Assembly: GCF_006345805.1 (NCBI RefSeq)
Contig: NC_042997.1
Location: forward strand, 9,300,001-9,364,000
Reading direction: 5' to 3'
From: Octopus sinensis
Lineage: Eukaryota
Length of the DNA: 64,000 nucleotides
In this document: positions 37,855 through 52,019 of the stretch, piece after piece
Position numbering within the stretch: position 1 is the first letter of the stretch
Layout: every line of letters starts with the position of its first letter
The notes under the pieces: generated by a model
Seen by the model: only the letters and a program-made list of their open reading frames with translations
Told to the model about the DNA's origin: nothing
Databases searched by the model: none
Made by a program: the position numbers and the translations under genes

Positions 37855-39536
37855 TGTGACAGACAGACAGATACATAGATATGTAGATATATTTATATGT
37901 ATGGGTATGTATGAGTGTGTGTGTCTATTATGTATGTATGTATGTATATTCAGTATAATAATAAGCCATAAGTTTTTTTGAATGAATATCTTTATTTTCT
38001 CTTCAGAAAATTCAGAAAAAAACAATGCAACAATGAAAAGTGAATGAGAGAAAATGGAAAGTTATGTAATGACAGTACATCTTTAGTTATTTCATTCTCT
38101 TATTCTCTCTTTTGAAGTATCTTTTGAAGTGTATCTCATTAAATAAAATAATGCACTCTCTACAATGTGATACATTGTGAACTTTTTTTATCAAAAGATT
38201 TGGTTTAAAGTTGTGTGGACATGTCTGTAAATACGTATGTATGCCTGCATGCAATATGCAGGCATTTATGTATGTATGTATGCATGTATGTATGTATGCA
38301 TGTATGTATGTATGTATGTATGTATGTATGGATGGATGGATGTATGGATATATATATATATGTATGGTGGTGGTGGTGTGGAATGCTAAGAAGGAATTAG
38401 TGGGTAACACTGGGGTGTGACCTTGGACAAATGTTTTCTACTGTAGCCCCAGGCCAAGCAAAGACTTGCGAGTGGATTTAATAGAAAGAAATACAAAGAA
38501 GCCCATTGTATATATATATATATATATATATGGATAGATAGATATATAGATATATATATAACATACAAAATGGGACAAGAACACAAAACATCCTGACAGT
38601 TAAGTGATGCAAAAAGGGGACAACAAAATATCCAGAAAGTCGATACAAAGAAAACAAGGACGGGTCATTCGAAGTTTTCTATCTTCTGTCAAGAACCAGA
38701 TTATTCTTGCAATGCAATTTCAGCTGATTATTGTTGAGATTGCTCCAATCTGGCCAGCCCAAAGGAAGAACTAAGCTAAGAGTATTAGATTCCTTGGAAG
38801 AAAGCAGCGAATGTATACAAAAACCAGGACGGAAAAAACGGACAATATTACACAAATATAAATACAATAAAAAAATACAATAAAAATAATAACAAGACAT
38901 AACAACAGGTGTCTTTCGACTAAGGATGAATTGAATTTAGTTGGCGCATGTGGAAATGAAGCCTTATGGCAGAGTTATAAAGATTTCACAAATACAGGGA
39001 AGAATATTGATGTTGCACAGACTACAGTCAAACCAAAAAGGAAGAGCAGGCTTGCCAATCGATCACGTGGGAAGAGAAGAGAGAGAAGTAGAAGCAGGGG
39101 GACAGAAGAATTAAGGAGGGGGAAGAACGTCTATGCATGTGTGTCTTTGTATTTGTCCCATACCACTACTTGACAACAGGTGCTGATGTGTTAATGTCCT
39201 ATAACTTAGTGGTTCAGCAAAAGAGACTGATAGAATAAGTACCAGGTTTTACACAAAAATAAGTACTGGTATCAATAAGTACAACTAAAATTCTTCAAGG
39301 CTGTACCCCAGCTTGGCTGCAATCTAATGACTGAAACATGTAAAAGATATCACAAATAGAGATTAAGTTAATCCTATACATCATAGTGGCAAATTATTCC
39401 AGCAGTGGGTAATTGGAAGTTACTTCTTCGTGAAATATAATAGCTTAAACTATTTCAGATATCATTCAGGGCTATTGACAATAGTAAATTGCAAAAAGCT
39501 TACTGATCACTTTGCCATTACTGCAAACAGAGAAGT

Positions 39537-40845
39537 ACAAGGTGGTGTCAAAAGGTTCCCAGACTAGTTATGCTTACTCTTTACTCTTTTACTAGTTTCA
39601 GTCATTTGACTGTGGTCATGCTGGAGCACCGCCTTTAGTCAAGCAAATCGAACCCAGGGCTTATTCTTTGTAAGCATAGTACTTATTCTATCAGCCTCTT
39701 TTGCCGAACTGCTAAGTTACAGGGATGTAAACACACCACCATCGGTTGTCAAGCGATGTTGGCGGGGGGGACAAACGCTGATGCACAAACACACACACAC
39801 ACATATATATATACATATACATATATACGATGGGCTTCTTTCAGTTTCCATCTACCAAATCCACTCGCAAAGCTTTGGTTGGCCTGAAGCTATAGTAGAA
39901 TACACTTGTCCAAGTTGCCACGCAGTGGGACTGAACCCGGAACCATGTGGTTGGTAAGCAAACTACTTACCACACAGCCACTCCTGCGCCTATGCTTAAT
40001 AAATAATAACTTATTTACCTAAGTTTTAACATCATCTCCTTCAAAATAGTCACCTCATGCAGTAATACACTAATCTCTGTGTTCCTGCCGCTCTTGGAAT
40101 TTGGCATAGTAGGCATTTTCTGTAAATGAGTCAAAGACCTTCTGTGATTCACTATGGATCTCAACAATGGTGTTAAAATGGTAACCTTTGAGCAGCATTT
40201 TCATTTGGTGAGATGGAAATTCACAGGTGCTAAATCTGATGAATAGGGCAGGTGCCTTGTTGTTTTTTAGTGAAAAATTTGTGAGTGAGAAGAGCTTAGT
40301 GAAGAGCTCAATTCTTCGTGTTCCACAGAGCCAGCCACTTGTGCCAAATCTCTTCCTTCAAATGCTTCAGAATGTAACAGTTGAACTCTCAGTTGACAGT
40401 CTGCTCCTGGGGGACGAATTCTTGATGCACAATACCTCATTTCCAGGGTGAATTCTTGTAGCAGGTCTTCCAGATCGCTCATCATCTTCCAGAGACATTC
40501 TTCCATTTCTGAAGCACCCATGCCACTCAAAACATTGCATACGACCCAATGCCTTGTTGCTGTAAACACTCCAAAGCATACTCAATGTCTCTGTGACAGA
40601 CTTCCCAAGTTTAACACAAAATTTCACGTTGGCTCTTTGTTCCTGTTCATGACAAAGTTGCAGACTACAGTTTATATGTGATCACAAAAGCACAAAGTTC
40701 ACAACTATTGAAGTAAACTCAGTGCTGTCTCTTGGCACACTGCCACATGAAGGTCACTGCTTTCCCTCACTGCACACCCAACCATGTGCTGCCACCTGTT
40801 TGCAAGCTACAGAACTAGTCCAGGAACTTTTTGATACAACCTCAT
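39537..40845 (-). mobile_element. Internally deleted mariner with both TIRs
   Basis: CAAGGTGGTGTCAAAAGGTTCCCAGACTAGT / ACTAGTCCAGGAACTTTTTGATACAACCTCA; MKFCVKLGKSVTET..EDDERSGRP. Confidence 0.85.
39575..39992 (-). mobile_element. CORE-like SINE (family B) nested in the mariner
   Basis: Full-length reverse copy. Confidence 0.88.
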
Positions 40846-41521
40846 ACATGATGGGTATATGATGGTTTTGCAATTTTAATTTCAGCGGTCATTTTATGTA
40901 TGAAGAATGTTACCATTGATGTGAAAATATAGAAAATGTTCTCTTTTTAGGACATGCAGTTTATTGTGACCAGTTATAAAAAATAATCAATCCTGCAAGC
41001 AAAGTGACTCAAATTACCCTGACATAGTGACTCAAATATTCAAATTCATTACATGAAGGCATAGCTACAAGATCCTCCTTAAAACGATCCAGGCATTAGT
41101 TGTTCACCTGAATTTCAAAACCAAGCCCAGCTTATCACTCATATTCTCATATTTCAAGACAAAGATATTTTCAGGGACCACCAGCACCACCACTACCTTA
41201 CCTTCCTATGAAGACTGTGTCTACAGAGCTTTCAAAATAAGTAACAGAATCAAACCACTATAATGTTGTAAGAAGTAGGCATGCTCTAACAGAACCAACG
41301 TTTACAATATTATAAGGAAAAATGTAAGATTCATGGATCTTGTGGTGAAGGGAATCCCAAAGCACTTTGTATAGAGAACAATAAATGCTTTAAAGGATTA
41401 TTGCAAATCTTCAGAGATGCACAACAGTTAATACAGAAGTATATCCTCTCAGCAGAAGGTACTGTGTCAAAGTATATCATGCTGTGGTCATGGGGTGATA
41501 ACTGATATGATGTACCATACA

Positions 41522-41865
41522 TCATCATCATCATTGTTTAACGTCCGCTTTCCATGCTTGCATGGGTTAGATGATTTTGACTGAGGGCTGGCAAACCAGA
41601 TGGCTGCACCAGGCTCCAATCTTGATCGGGCAGAGTTTCTACAGCTGGATGCCCTTCCTAATGCCAAGCACTCTGACAGTGTAATGGGTGCTTTTTACAT
41701 GCCACTGGCACAGGGGCCAGTCAGGCACTACTAGCAACAACCACGCTCGAATCTTTTTACACGTGCCACCGGCACAGATGCCAGTGAAGTGACGTTGGTA
41801 ACGATCACGCTCGAATGGTGCCCTTTTACGTGCCACAGGTATGGAAGCCAGTTGGCTGCTCTGGC
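41522..41865 (-). mobile_element. RTE LINE 3' UTR and tail
   Basis: (CAT)n plus reverse-complement tail and modules. Confidence 0.8.
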
Positions 41866-42391
41866 GTGCGCACAAGTGCAACGGTCACACTAGTACTGAA
41901 ATTTACTCTTCCATAAACTCTAACTTATATCTTCAAATATATAGGCATAAAAGACATGACTATGTACGGATGCAAATGCAAAAATGCAATGATGGAATTT
42001 CATGATACAATAATGGTTGTTATGTTGATTCTTTAGAAGCAATGTGGAGGTTAATGGAATGAAAAATGCATGATATATCATAGGCTGTGATTCATCTCTC
42101 AGTACATCTTTGACATCAACAGCTACTTTACTTTTTAGTAGGTGCTGAAAGAGAGGCATTTCAAAATTTCCACACCAGAAGCACTTCCCTTATGGCATGG
42201 TTCAGGATGAATGAAACTGATGAAGCTGCTAGACAATATCTCTACCAAGAAATTCTTTGACATTATATCTTATAACCAGTCATTGCCTTAGGCTCAGCCT
42301 CTACAGAACAAAATTGACTCCCTTTCATCTTCATCAGCATCATCACTAACCTCATCATTTTAGCATCTCTTTTTCCATGCTTATATGGGTT

Positions 42392-42790
42392 ACTCTTTTA
42401 CTCTTTACTCTTTTACTTGTTTCAGTCATTTGACTGTGGCCATGCTGGAGCACCGCCTTTAGTCAAGCAAATCAACCCCAGGACTTATTCTTTGTAAGCC
42501 CAGTACTTATTCTATCAGTCTCTTTTGCCAAACCGCTAAGTTACAGCGATGTAAACACACCAGCGATGTTGGGGGGACAAACACAGAGACACAAACATAT
42601 ACACACTCATATATATATATTTACATATATACGGTGGGCTTCTTTCAGGTTCCGTCTGCCAAATCCACTCACAAGGATTTGGCCGACCTGAGGCTATAGT
42701 AGAAGACACTTGCCCAAGGTGCCATGAAGTGGGACTGAACTGGAACCATGTAGTTGGTAAACAAGCTATTTACCACACAGCCACTCCTAC
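42392..42790 (-). mobile_element. CORE-like SINE (family B)
   Basis: Full-length reverse copy. Confidence 0.88.
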
Positions 42791-42825
42791 ATTCATCTTG
42801 CCACTCACCCTTATGTTTTTACTAG

Positions 42826-42924
42826 CAAGCCTTTTGGACAACAACTAATCTGGACATGCTTTCACAGGGAACTGCAAACAAATTGCACTGTCTGTGTGAA
42901 AGGTGATGCTTATTGCTTACAAAG
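42826..42924 (+). CDS. Candidate exon KPFGQQLIWTCFHRELQTNCTVCVKGDAYCLQ
   Basis: Acceptor CTTATGTTTTTACTAG, donor AAAG|GTATGC, 99 nt, phase 2 to 2, open; non-repetitive. Confidence 0.38.
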
Positions 42925-43136
42925 GTATGCACATGACATGTCAAGGAAACTAAATGTGCTTTCATGAAGAACTGCAAATAAACAACACCATTTGTATAAA
43001 CAGTGATACATTGTTTACAACCAGCTCACACCTGTCAAGACAAAGGGTATATGCTCTCAATCATGCGCATACACATATATATATACACACGGCTTTTCCT
43101 AGTTTCCTTCACTCACAAGATCAACCATAGTTGTAA

Positions 43137-43519
43137 TACAAGGTGTCCCAAAAGTCACTGAGGGGTTTCAATTTTTAATAACTTCCTTAACCTTACAAAT
43201 AAATGCATGAAATTTCAATACAATATAAAAGACATGATGGAAATTAATATGCATATGTGAAATTTTGCAACATTACTACATTACATATGAAAAATGACAT
43301 CGCTTAAATGGCAGCCATTTTCGGCTTCATTTGCCCATGTTTTTTCCACAACTTGCATCAGGAGTGGCTGTGTGGTAAGTAGCTTGCTAACCAACCACAT
43401 GGTTCTGGGTTCAGTCCCACTGTGTGGCATCTTGGGCAAGTGTCTTCTACTATAGCCCCGGGCCGACCAATGCCTTGTGAGTGGATTTGGTAGACAGAAA
43501 CTGAAAGAAGCCTGTCGTA

Positions 43520-43564
<45 letters not shown>

Positions 43565-44349
43565 CTGTGTTTGTCCCCCTAGCATTGCTTGACAACCGAT
43601 GCTGGTGTGTATACGTTCCCGTCACTTAGCGGTTCTGCAAAAGAGACTGATAGAATAAGTACTGGGCTTACAAAGAATAAGTTCCAGGGTCGATTTGCTC
43701 GACTAAAGGCGGTGCTCCAGCATGTCCACAGTCAAATGACTGAAACAAGTAAAAGAGTAAAAGAGTAAAGAGTATAACACCCTCAAGAATTTCCTGCTCC
43801 AGTTGCACCAGGGTCTCTGGTTTTTTTATGTAAACCTTCTCTTTCAGGTATCCTCACAAGAAAAAGTTCAGGTTAGTCAAGTCTGGGAAACGTGAAAGCC
43901 ATTCAAAGTAGACCTCATACATGGTTCCAGCAAGGTGGGGGCAACTGCTCATACTGCAAGAGAAACAATGCAGTTGCTACGACAGTGATTTGGAGAGAGA
44001 ATAATCTCTTACTATGGCAATGTCAACTGACCCTCATGTTCCCCAGACATGAATAGCCTGGATTTTGTCTTGTGGGGATACCCGAAAGAGAGGGTTTACA
44101 TCAACAAACCAGAGACTCTGCTGCAACTGAAGGAAAACATCAACAGAGAAATCAGAGAAGTGGGGTCCAAAACTCTTGAGGGTGTTATGGCGCAAGTTTT
44201 GGAAAGAGCATGGGAATGCGAAGCCAAAAATGGCTGCCATTCAAGCGATGTCAGTTTTCATATGTGATGTAGTAGTGTTGCAAAATTTTACGTATGCATA
44301 TTAATTTCCATCATGCCCTTTATATTGTATCAAAATTCCACACCCTGTA
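43137..44349. mobile_element. Head-to-head pair of DD37D-type transposon 3' halves
   Basis: Minus 43912 to 43137 and plus 43915 to 44349 both encode ..GY.KE.VYI.KPETL.QL..NGCH.SDV.FHM* and end in CA.GGTGT-type termini. Confidence 0.75.
43357..43776 (+). mobile_element. CORE-like SINE (family B), full length
   Basis: CAGGAGTGGCTGTGTGGTAAGTAG..GGGTTCAGTCCC..CATCTTGGGCAAGT..(AAAAGAGT)n. Confidence 0.9.
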
Positions 44350-46334
44350 GAATCCACTTTGTGGAAGCAAGCTCAAGGCCATGTTGCTCCAAAGTTGACT
44401 TTTTCACCATACAGCAATGCCTATACCTTCCAACTTTCAACCCTCTCATAACATGCAACAGTTTAATTTGATGAGAAATCTAGGGTGATGTTTTTTTGAT
44501 CATTTTTCAGAAATATGTATGTTAATTTTAAGTTTACTACTTTTGTACTATGATCCGCTAGCAAACATGGAGCCCTGTAAATGAAAATGTCCAATTGAAC
44601 TACACATTTGATTGACCTTAGAAAGAAGAAAAGAAAATTTGTTGGAACATTTCTAATAATATCATTTGACTTAGCAAAATACTAAAATCCTTATGAACCT
44701 TGGCCTTTGACACATTTCTACAAAACAAATTATGTAATTGATTTATCGATCTACATTTTAACAAGTACATACATGTTCACATCACCTTAATTGCTCTGAA
44801 TTAAGGATTGATATTTTACATGTTTGAATCCTGTCCTTTTCACAAGTAATTGCTTTGTATTTATTATTGCACATGAGTATTTTACTCACAAAATTTATCA
44901 AAGTCTGCATCTTTGTAAGTATTCAGGAAATAAAGGGAAAATTTCAATGCCACATATTTTTGTTAATATATTTATGAAATTCCTTTTACTTTCCCACAGA
45001 TATCTAAAGATTTACCGTTGAATTAACCTAATAATACTTTATCTGGTACATATTATTTAATACTTATAAGCACTTTTCCATTTTCCCCTTCATCTGATAG
45101 GCACCGTATTCATTATTAGTGATGGAAGCAGTATTACTTTAAAATTCGAGATCTGTATACATACTTAATCATGCGTACAAGCCTTTGAAACTGTGGTATT
45201 CATCCTGAAAAACCATCTTTTATAGACATATAGCTATTTTTATTCTATGTGCCTATAAGAAATATATTCTTCAGAAGAATATCACAGAATAGAAGGCTTT
45301 CAACCTTTGGCTTTCTCTTTATATTTATACATGTATGTATATTTTGTATATCTAATCCAAGCAGTTTTATTTGTTTATTTGCATCATTAAACACTCTAAG
45401 TACGTATACAGATCACTAACACACACACATATATATTTGTTTTTGCATAAATTATATGCTAGTAAGAACATTTTTCAAAAAATTGACAGAGTAGAAACTG
45501 CCATTCTTAGATGGATATTTAGAAATCAGCATTTAAATTAACTGTTTTAATAGACATGAAATATATTGTTAACACTCCTCAAGATATTCCGTTGTGAAAA
45601 CTTAATTAACACTTCTTTGGCACCTGAATTCTATGATGAATGTATTCAAAAACAACAACTATTTTTGTTCTTAATAATAGATAAAAACAAACTGAATCTA
45701 CATTATTTCTATGTAAGTAAATAACCAATGCAATTAGGAATAGTCAATGTTTACAATACTACATAATAACTCTACACTACCAATCACAAATGATAAATAT
45801 AAAACTGGCAAATTATAAAAAAATATTTGTAAGTTTGTATTATTCAGTTTATTTTCACAGATCCTGTTATTATTGTAATTCACATGATAAAGCCTAAATT
45901 TAATCTATAAGTTATAATTGATTCTCTTCCTGTATATTAGTTATGTTTATTTCAACTTTCATGGATAATATAGACATTGTATTTAATAGGTTATATAATA
46001 AACTACTTAATACTGTGTTTACACTAGTATTAAATTTGCAGTTTGTTTATATGATTTATACCAGATTTCCATTTTCACTCACACACACTGTTATTTTATT
46101 AATTTAAATAGTAACATCTAAATGGTATCTGTAAGTCATTTGATTCTCTTCTAAATATTACTTTCTTATGTGTTTTGACATATAAATAGCTAGCAAAATT
46201 TAGATTTAAATTACTAAGGAAATTATTATTTTTATTTCCATAGAGTGTAAGCATAGTAACTAACAACGTGTCAGATATCATACATATTGATTTCAAATTT
46301 TGATGCAAGGTTGGCACTTTCAGAGAAGTGATTA

Positions 46335-46500
46335 AGTTGATTACATTAACCTCAGTGTTCAACTGGTACTTTTTTTTATCGACCCCGAAAGGATGAAAGT
46401 AAAAGGTGACCTCAGCAGAATTTGAACTCAGAAACTAAAGATGGATGAAATGCTGCTGAGCATATTGCCCAGCATGTTAACAATTCTGCCAGCTTGCTAC
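46335..46500 (-). mobile_element. Nin/Deu-like SINE fragment
   Basis: ACTGGTACTT..ATCGACCCCGAAAGGATGAAAG. Confidence 0.75.
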
Positions 46501-47179
46501 CATATCAGAAATCATACACATTAAAAGTAGATTTTATTTACTTAATTAATCTCTCTTCTTTATTAATAGTCAAATCTAGTGTATAAAGTGTTATTTGGTC
46601 TTAGTAAACCTTGATATTCAGTTACTACTTTTGATGTTACAAAAATATTTACATTACATTTTTCATCTTCAGTTGTCTTTTAGACTAATTTCCTTTTAAG
46701 TTTATTTGAATACCCTTTCTCTCCATATAAGATAAATAAATATACACTCTACATTTTGAATATATAGAGTTCTTTATCAAAATGTGATTTTGTTCAGTTC
46801 ATCATGAGTAAACAGTGTATCACACACACACATGGATGGATGGATGGACAGATGGATGGATGGACAGACGGACGGACGGACGGACAGGTGGGTGGTAGGG
46901 AATACATGCATGTGTATGAGTATTCTTTTAGTGTTTTTTAATCTTTCTGCAATGTTTGAGTTAGGGACTGCCATAAGATTTATTGCAGATTTCTGCATGG
47001 TGCTTGACGTATGCTGCTACTCATATCTCTGATTCTTGTTGTGATTTGCATTCATCATTGACTGTAAGCATTAGAATGAGTTCAAAGTGTTGTTTAAAAA
47101 TGTTGACATCTACTCCAAGCTAATCTCTTATGGTTTGAAGCAGTAAGCTTTAGTTGTGGCCCATTGAAAACAAAGCTAT

Positions 47180-47630
47180 AAAAGGCACCATTCGAGTGTG
47201 ATCGTTACCAGCGTTGCCTTACTGGCACTGTAGCCCCATGCTAGTATGATGCTAAGAGCACCATCCGAGCTTGATCATTGCCAGAGCGGCTAACTGGCCT
47301 CCGTGCCGGTGGCACGTAAAAGGCATCTTTCGAGCATGATCTTTACCAGCATCGCCTTACTGGCACCTGTGCCAGTGGCATGTGTAAAAAGATTCGAGCA
47401 AGGTCGTTGCCAGTACCGCCTGACTAGCCCCTGTGACGGTGGCACGTAAAAGCACCCACTACATTCTCGGAGTGGTTGGTGTTAGGAAAGGCATCCAGTT
47501 GTAGAAAATTCTGCCAGATCAAGATTGAAGCCTGGTGCAGCCATCCGGTTTGCCAGCCCTCAGTCAAATCGTCCAACTCATGCTAGCATGGAAAGCGGAC
47601 GTTAAACGATGATGATGAAGATGATGATTA
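47180..47630 (+). mobile_element. RTE LINE 3' UTR with multiple modules and tail
   Basis: Repeated CCATTCGAG..GCCAG..ACTGGC units; (GAT)n tail. Confidence 0.82.
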
Positions 47631-47829
47631 TCCTAATCCAGGAAAGAGAGGTTATAATTTTGGTACAGTAGCAACAAGTTCAATGAGTTATAGCACCTGC
47701 AATGCCAAAGTTTAATTGCTATTGCTTACAAGATCATTAAAGAAAAGTGACTGTGTATATATCTCTTTTTAACTCTATGGAGTAAATTCATATAAGTCTC
47801 TACTACTCCAAGAAGCACGGCAGATAGTT

Positions 47830-48240
47830 AATCACTTTAAATCCCAGAGTGAGATTCACTCTGGGAAGTGACCATAAGTGGACGCAATAATCCCAGTGGC
47901 TGACAACATGCATCATCCATAAAACCAAGGTGATTTTTCTCTCTTGTTCTAGTGATTGTACTCTCTCTTTGCTCTGCATACTTAATGTTGTAATGAGTTA
48001 TGGAGGCATATACTAGCAAAATACTTGAAACTCTCTTCATTGAATTGCTTGTTGTTTTCATCACTCTACTTGTATATGATAGTAATCTGCTTCTGTAGGT
48101 CTTTGATGTGTTCAGGGTTCCAGTTCAAAGCTTACATTTTGGTGTCATCAGTATAGAATATCTGCTAAAGAATGAGTTTATGTTGTTGAGTGTTATTACA
48201 AGTAGTAAGGGCCCCAAGAGAGCTCTCTAAACCACTCTGT
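47830..48240 (-). mobile_element. CR1/Jockey-group LINE reverse transcriptase remnant
   Basis: LLGPLLLVI..YTDDTKM (FADD-like)..REKNHLGF (EKDLG-like). Confidence 0.6.
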
Positions 48241-48769
48241 TCACAGTTATTGACACTTTCAAGCAAAAAGTCATATAATGATTGGTAATTTAGGGATTAT
48301 ATATATATATGCAGCCTCCTGGTTTGCCAGTCCTCAGTCAACCCGTCCAACCCACGCCAGTATGGGAAGTGGACGTTAAACGATAATGATGATGATGTAT
48401 GTATATATACATGTATTGTGTAGTCAGTGGTTATGGAAGTTATGGCTGGTCAGAAGATTACCACTGGTTTTACATCTGAGAGAAATGGAGTTATTTCCTT
48501 TTGAACAGTTCCAGTTACATCCAAAAAGGGTCAGTTTATGTACATTTTCTGCTCACTAGTCAGTAAGCAGAGAAGCCTATGTTGCCAACACAAATTTCCT
48601 ATCATGAGGGCACCAACTAAACAGTTCACGTTTTGAATTTAAGAAAACCCCTTGATCAAGAAAATTTTTTAAGCTCCTTGCCCTGTCTACCAAACAAAGT
48701 TTGCGCATGAAGCAGTGGGTTTGATGAGTTACCTATATTATTAAGAGCTATAATACATACATACATACA

Positions 48770-49947
48770 TAGAGTACGTAAGGTATTTGAGGACATACCG
48801 TTTTGGGGTCATAGTTGCATTTTTTGCTAACTCTGTATAATGGCAGACCCCAACTTACTCAAGAAATGAAGAGGCATATCTTTATTGAAGCTATAAAGGC
48901 TGAGCATAGCGATTTAGAAATATCTCAATTATTAAAAGTTACAAGATTTTTCGCCTACAAAGTTTGTAAGGGGCTAGAGACGAAAGATGGAAATGTATCA
49001 CCAGTATCAAAGCATAAAAAGCATTCTAAATGCTCTGAAACTATCAGGAAACCTGAATTTATCCAGAAGGTTTAACAGACCATTGATTACAATCCCAGAA
49101 ATCCATGAGGTCAATTGCAAAAGACTTCCACATTTCAGAAAGAACAGTCAGAAATGTTGTCCACAAAGACATCAGATATAAGTTTTATATGATGAGGAAA
49201 GATCAATTTGTCAGAAAAAGCAAAAGAAAATCACTACATCAGATCAAAAAAGCTCTTAAACAAACTGAAAAATCCAGCAGAAGATTTGATTTGGTTTTTG
49301 TCAAATTGGGAAAACTTCAACCAAGATCAAAAAGTTAACAGAAGAAATGACAAATGTTTATGTGCAGTCCCTTCTGAAGTTCCAAGTGTTATGCATACAA
49401 AATTTTCTGAAACTGTCATGGTTTTAGGGGTTGTCAGCAATGAAGGACATGTGATGTCTCCTTACCTCTTTCCACAAGGCCTTAGAGTTACATTGAGGTC
49501 CTGGAAACAATTGTTAAGCCCTGGATAGACAGTATATGCAATGGAATACCATACGTGTTTCAGTAAGACTCTGCATAATCACACATGGCTCTAGTAACAC
49601 AGGAATGGATGGCTGAAAATTTTCATGATCACATAACTCCTAACATTTGGCCTCCTAATTCCCCAGATCTCAATCTATTGGACTACATGTGGAGTGTTGT
49701 TGAAAGAAAGGTCAGTGAACACTCCCATAACACCAAAGATTCTATGAAAGCTGCCCTAGTCAGAGCAATGTCCAAGTATGTAGATGACTTAGATCTCATA
49801 TAGAAGCAGTTGTTGAAGCTGAAGGTGGCATCATAGAAAAGGTTTATTTTTATCTTCATAGCATTTTTTGATGAATAAAGTTATCTATTGTTATATATCT
49901 ATTTTTTTATAAACATAAATTTGTCCTCAATTATCTTACACACCCTA
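48770..49947 (+). mobile_element. Near full-length decayed DD37D (maT-like) transposon
   Basis: ~26-bp TIR pair (GAGTACGTAAGGTATTTGAGGACATA / TTTGTCCTCAATTATCTTACACACCC); VMVLGVVSNEG, WPPNSPDLNLLDY. Confidence 0.88.
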
Positions 49948-50902
49948 TATATATATAATATATATTTATTGAATAAAGAGCACAAGGGCATAAATTTCAC
50001 TTAAAGCTCATAATTTAATTATGCTCAACAGCTGTTTCATTAGTATAAACATCATTAATTCCATAATCACATAATTAAGTTTCATAATTAATTTTAATTA
50101 ATTTAAATAAACTAATTTAAAATCACTGTTCACCTGAATCATCAGAAGTATTATAAATTGTGTTAATCATAATTTGTTTCATGCAGCTAGCAGGCTTTTA
50201 TTGGGTAAATGGATGATATGTCTACAGAAATGATCAGTTTACTTGTCATCTATGCAAGATGGGAGAGATAATACTCTAAGACAGTTGGTGATGGTTATAT
50301 ATCTAGTGTAGACGTAATTTATCCTAGTTTAACTCTGATTAAGCAGACCCATCATGAAAGCCATTTTACATATAGCTTTCACATCTTCACAAGTAACCTC
50401 TATGTGCCTACTTAATCTACTAGAAGCAGCAACCAAATTCCCTCTTATTACACCTCACTGTTTTGAGAAAGCTAGTAGGATACATTGGATAAAGTAGTCT
50501 TAGATACATTATATTATGTAATGTTATACAAAGAAGAATTACAATTATCACAACTTGGAATTTTGGGGGACAAGGAAATGCTTGTTGGAGGTATATGATT
50601 TTTATTGTAAGGGGATTAGAATCATGACAAAAGAATTCCAGAGCTGTTCCACATTAATGTTTGGTGAAGGCAGGCTGAAAAGTTCATTGGGTGATCTATG
50701 AAGGAGTGATACTAGAGCTGTGAAATCTTGCATGCATTAATTTCAGCACTTCTTATTAATAACAACATTGTTTTTTGTTTTTTTTTCATATTTGCTATAT
50801 TCTTATACAATGAAAAAATAAGATGTTTTTAAACAAAAAACAACTTTTGATTTCAGTTAATCAAATCATTTTCATTATTATTGTCATTGTCAAGGCCTTG
50901 AT

Positions 50903-51087
50903 CAGGGGTCCCCAAACATTTTAGACTATCAACCCCTTCATGGAATCCTTGACTCCTCATAGACCCCCAGGTATGTAGAAAAAAATAAATACATAATAAT
51001 GATAATTAAGTTGATGTGCATTTATTGACCTCTTGAATAGTTCCATCGACCCCCAGGGGTCGATATCAATGACTTTGGAGACCCCTG
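50903..51087. mobile_element. hAT (Buster/Charlie-type) MITE
   Basis: TIRs CAGGGGTCCCCAAAC / CTTTGGAGACCCCTG; 8-bp TSD-like GCCTTGAT / GCCTAAAT. Confidence 0.8.
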
Positions 51088-52019
51088 GCCTAAATTAATC
51101 TTAAAAGTATTCCAAATATGATTTTCCTGTTTTGTCAAGGGGTATGTTGAAAACATTATCAAATGTGTCCTTCGATTTTTGAAACATCTGAGGGACATTT
51201 AACCTTTATTTCTAGCAAATTAAATGACTACACAGGTTTCTTCATGATTGATAATGAACTGATTTATTGAAGGTAATGGATTTCAGTATCAATTTATTAA
51301 AAACTACTTAAATCAAATCTACATTACATCCATTCTTCAAGAATTAATTCATCACTTTCATTACTGTATCTCTGTTGAAATTCACTGCCTTTATTTCAAT
51401 TAATTTGAAAAACATAAACACTGAATAAAATAAATTTGCCATTGTTAAGTTCGTGTTCATAATGATAAAGGTTTTAATTAAAATTGCTTTAAAACAAGAA
51501 GTTTGTGTCATAGAACCAGGACAGTCTTAGGCAGGTTGGAATGCAGAGGGTTAAAATATATGCCATTAAGACATTGAAAATTGTGTATGCTTCTCGCTTC
51601 ATCAAAAAGTTAAGAAAGTAAATAAACAAACAAACAAACAAGCAAAGAAATGATAAAATTAATAAATTATATGTTGGTCCATTCATTAAGTAATTGATTC
51701 ATTTATTAATTAACATGATTGATGTTTTAATAAAAATTATTTTAGTTCAGAAGATGCCAAAATAATATAAATGAATGGATTTAAGTGCCCCAGTATGGCC
51801 GCAGGCCAACAGCTGAGAGTAATAACAACGGAAAAAAATTAATAAATAAATATAGTCATTTGTAAAGAGTGTGTATAAAACATTATTTCTAATTTAGTTT
51901 GCTGTTAATCTCATAATTGAACAATAAGCAACAGAAAGTGCAAATGTCTGTGTGTGTGTGTTTGTGGGTGTGTGCGTGTGTGTGTGTGTACATGTATGTA
52001 TATTTATATGTCCACATGA

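Noticed and set aside
38560-38990. Additional hammerhead in a dispersed repeat
   Set aside because: GAAA-like pieces exist but no consistent core and stem arrangement could be built
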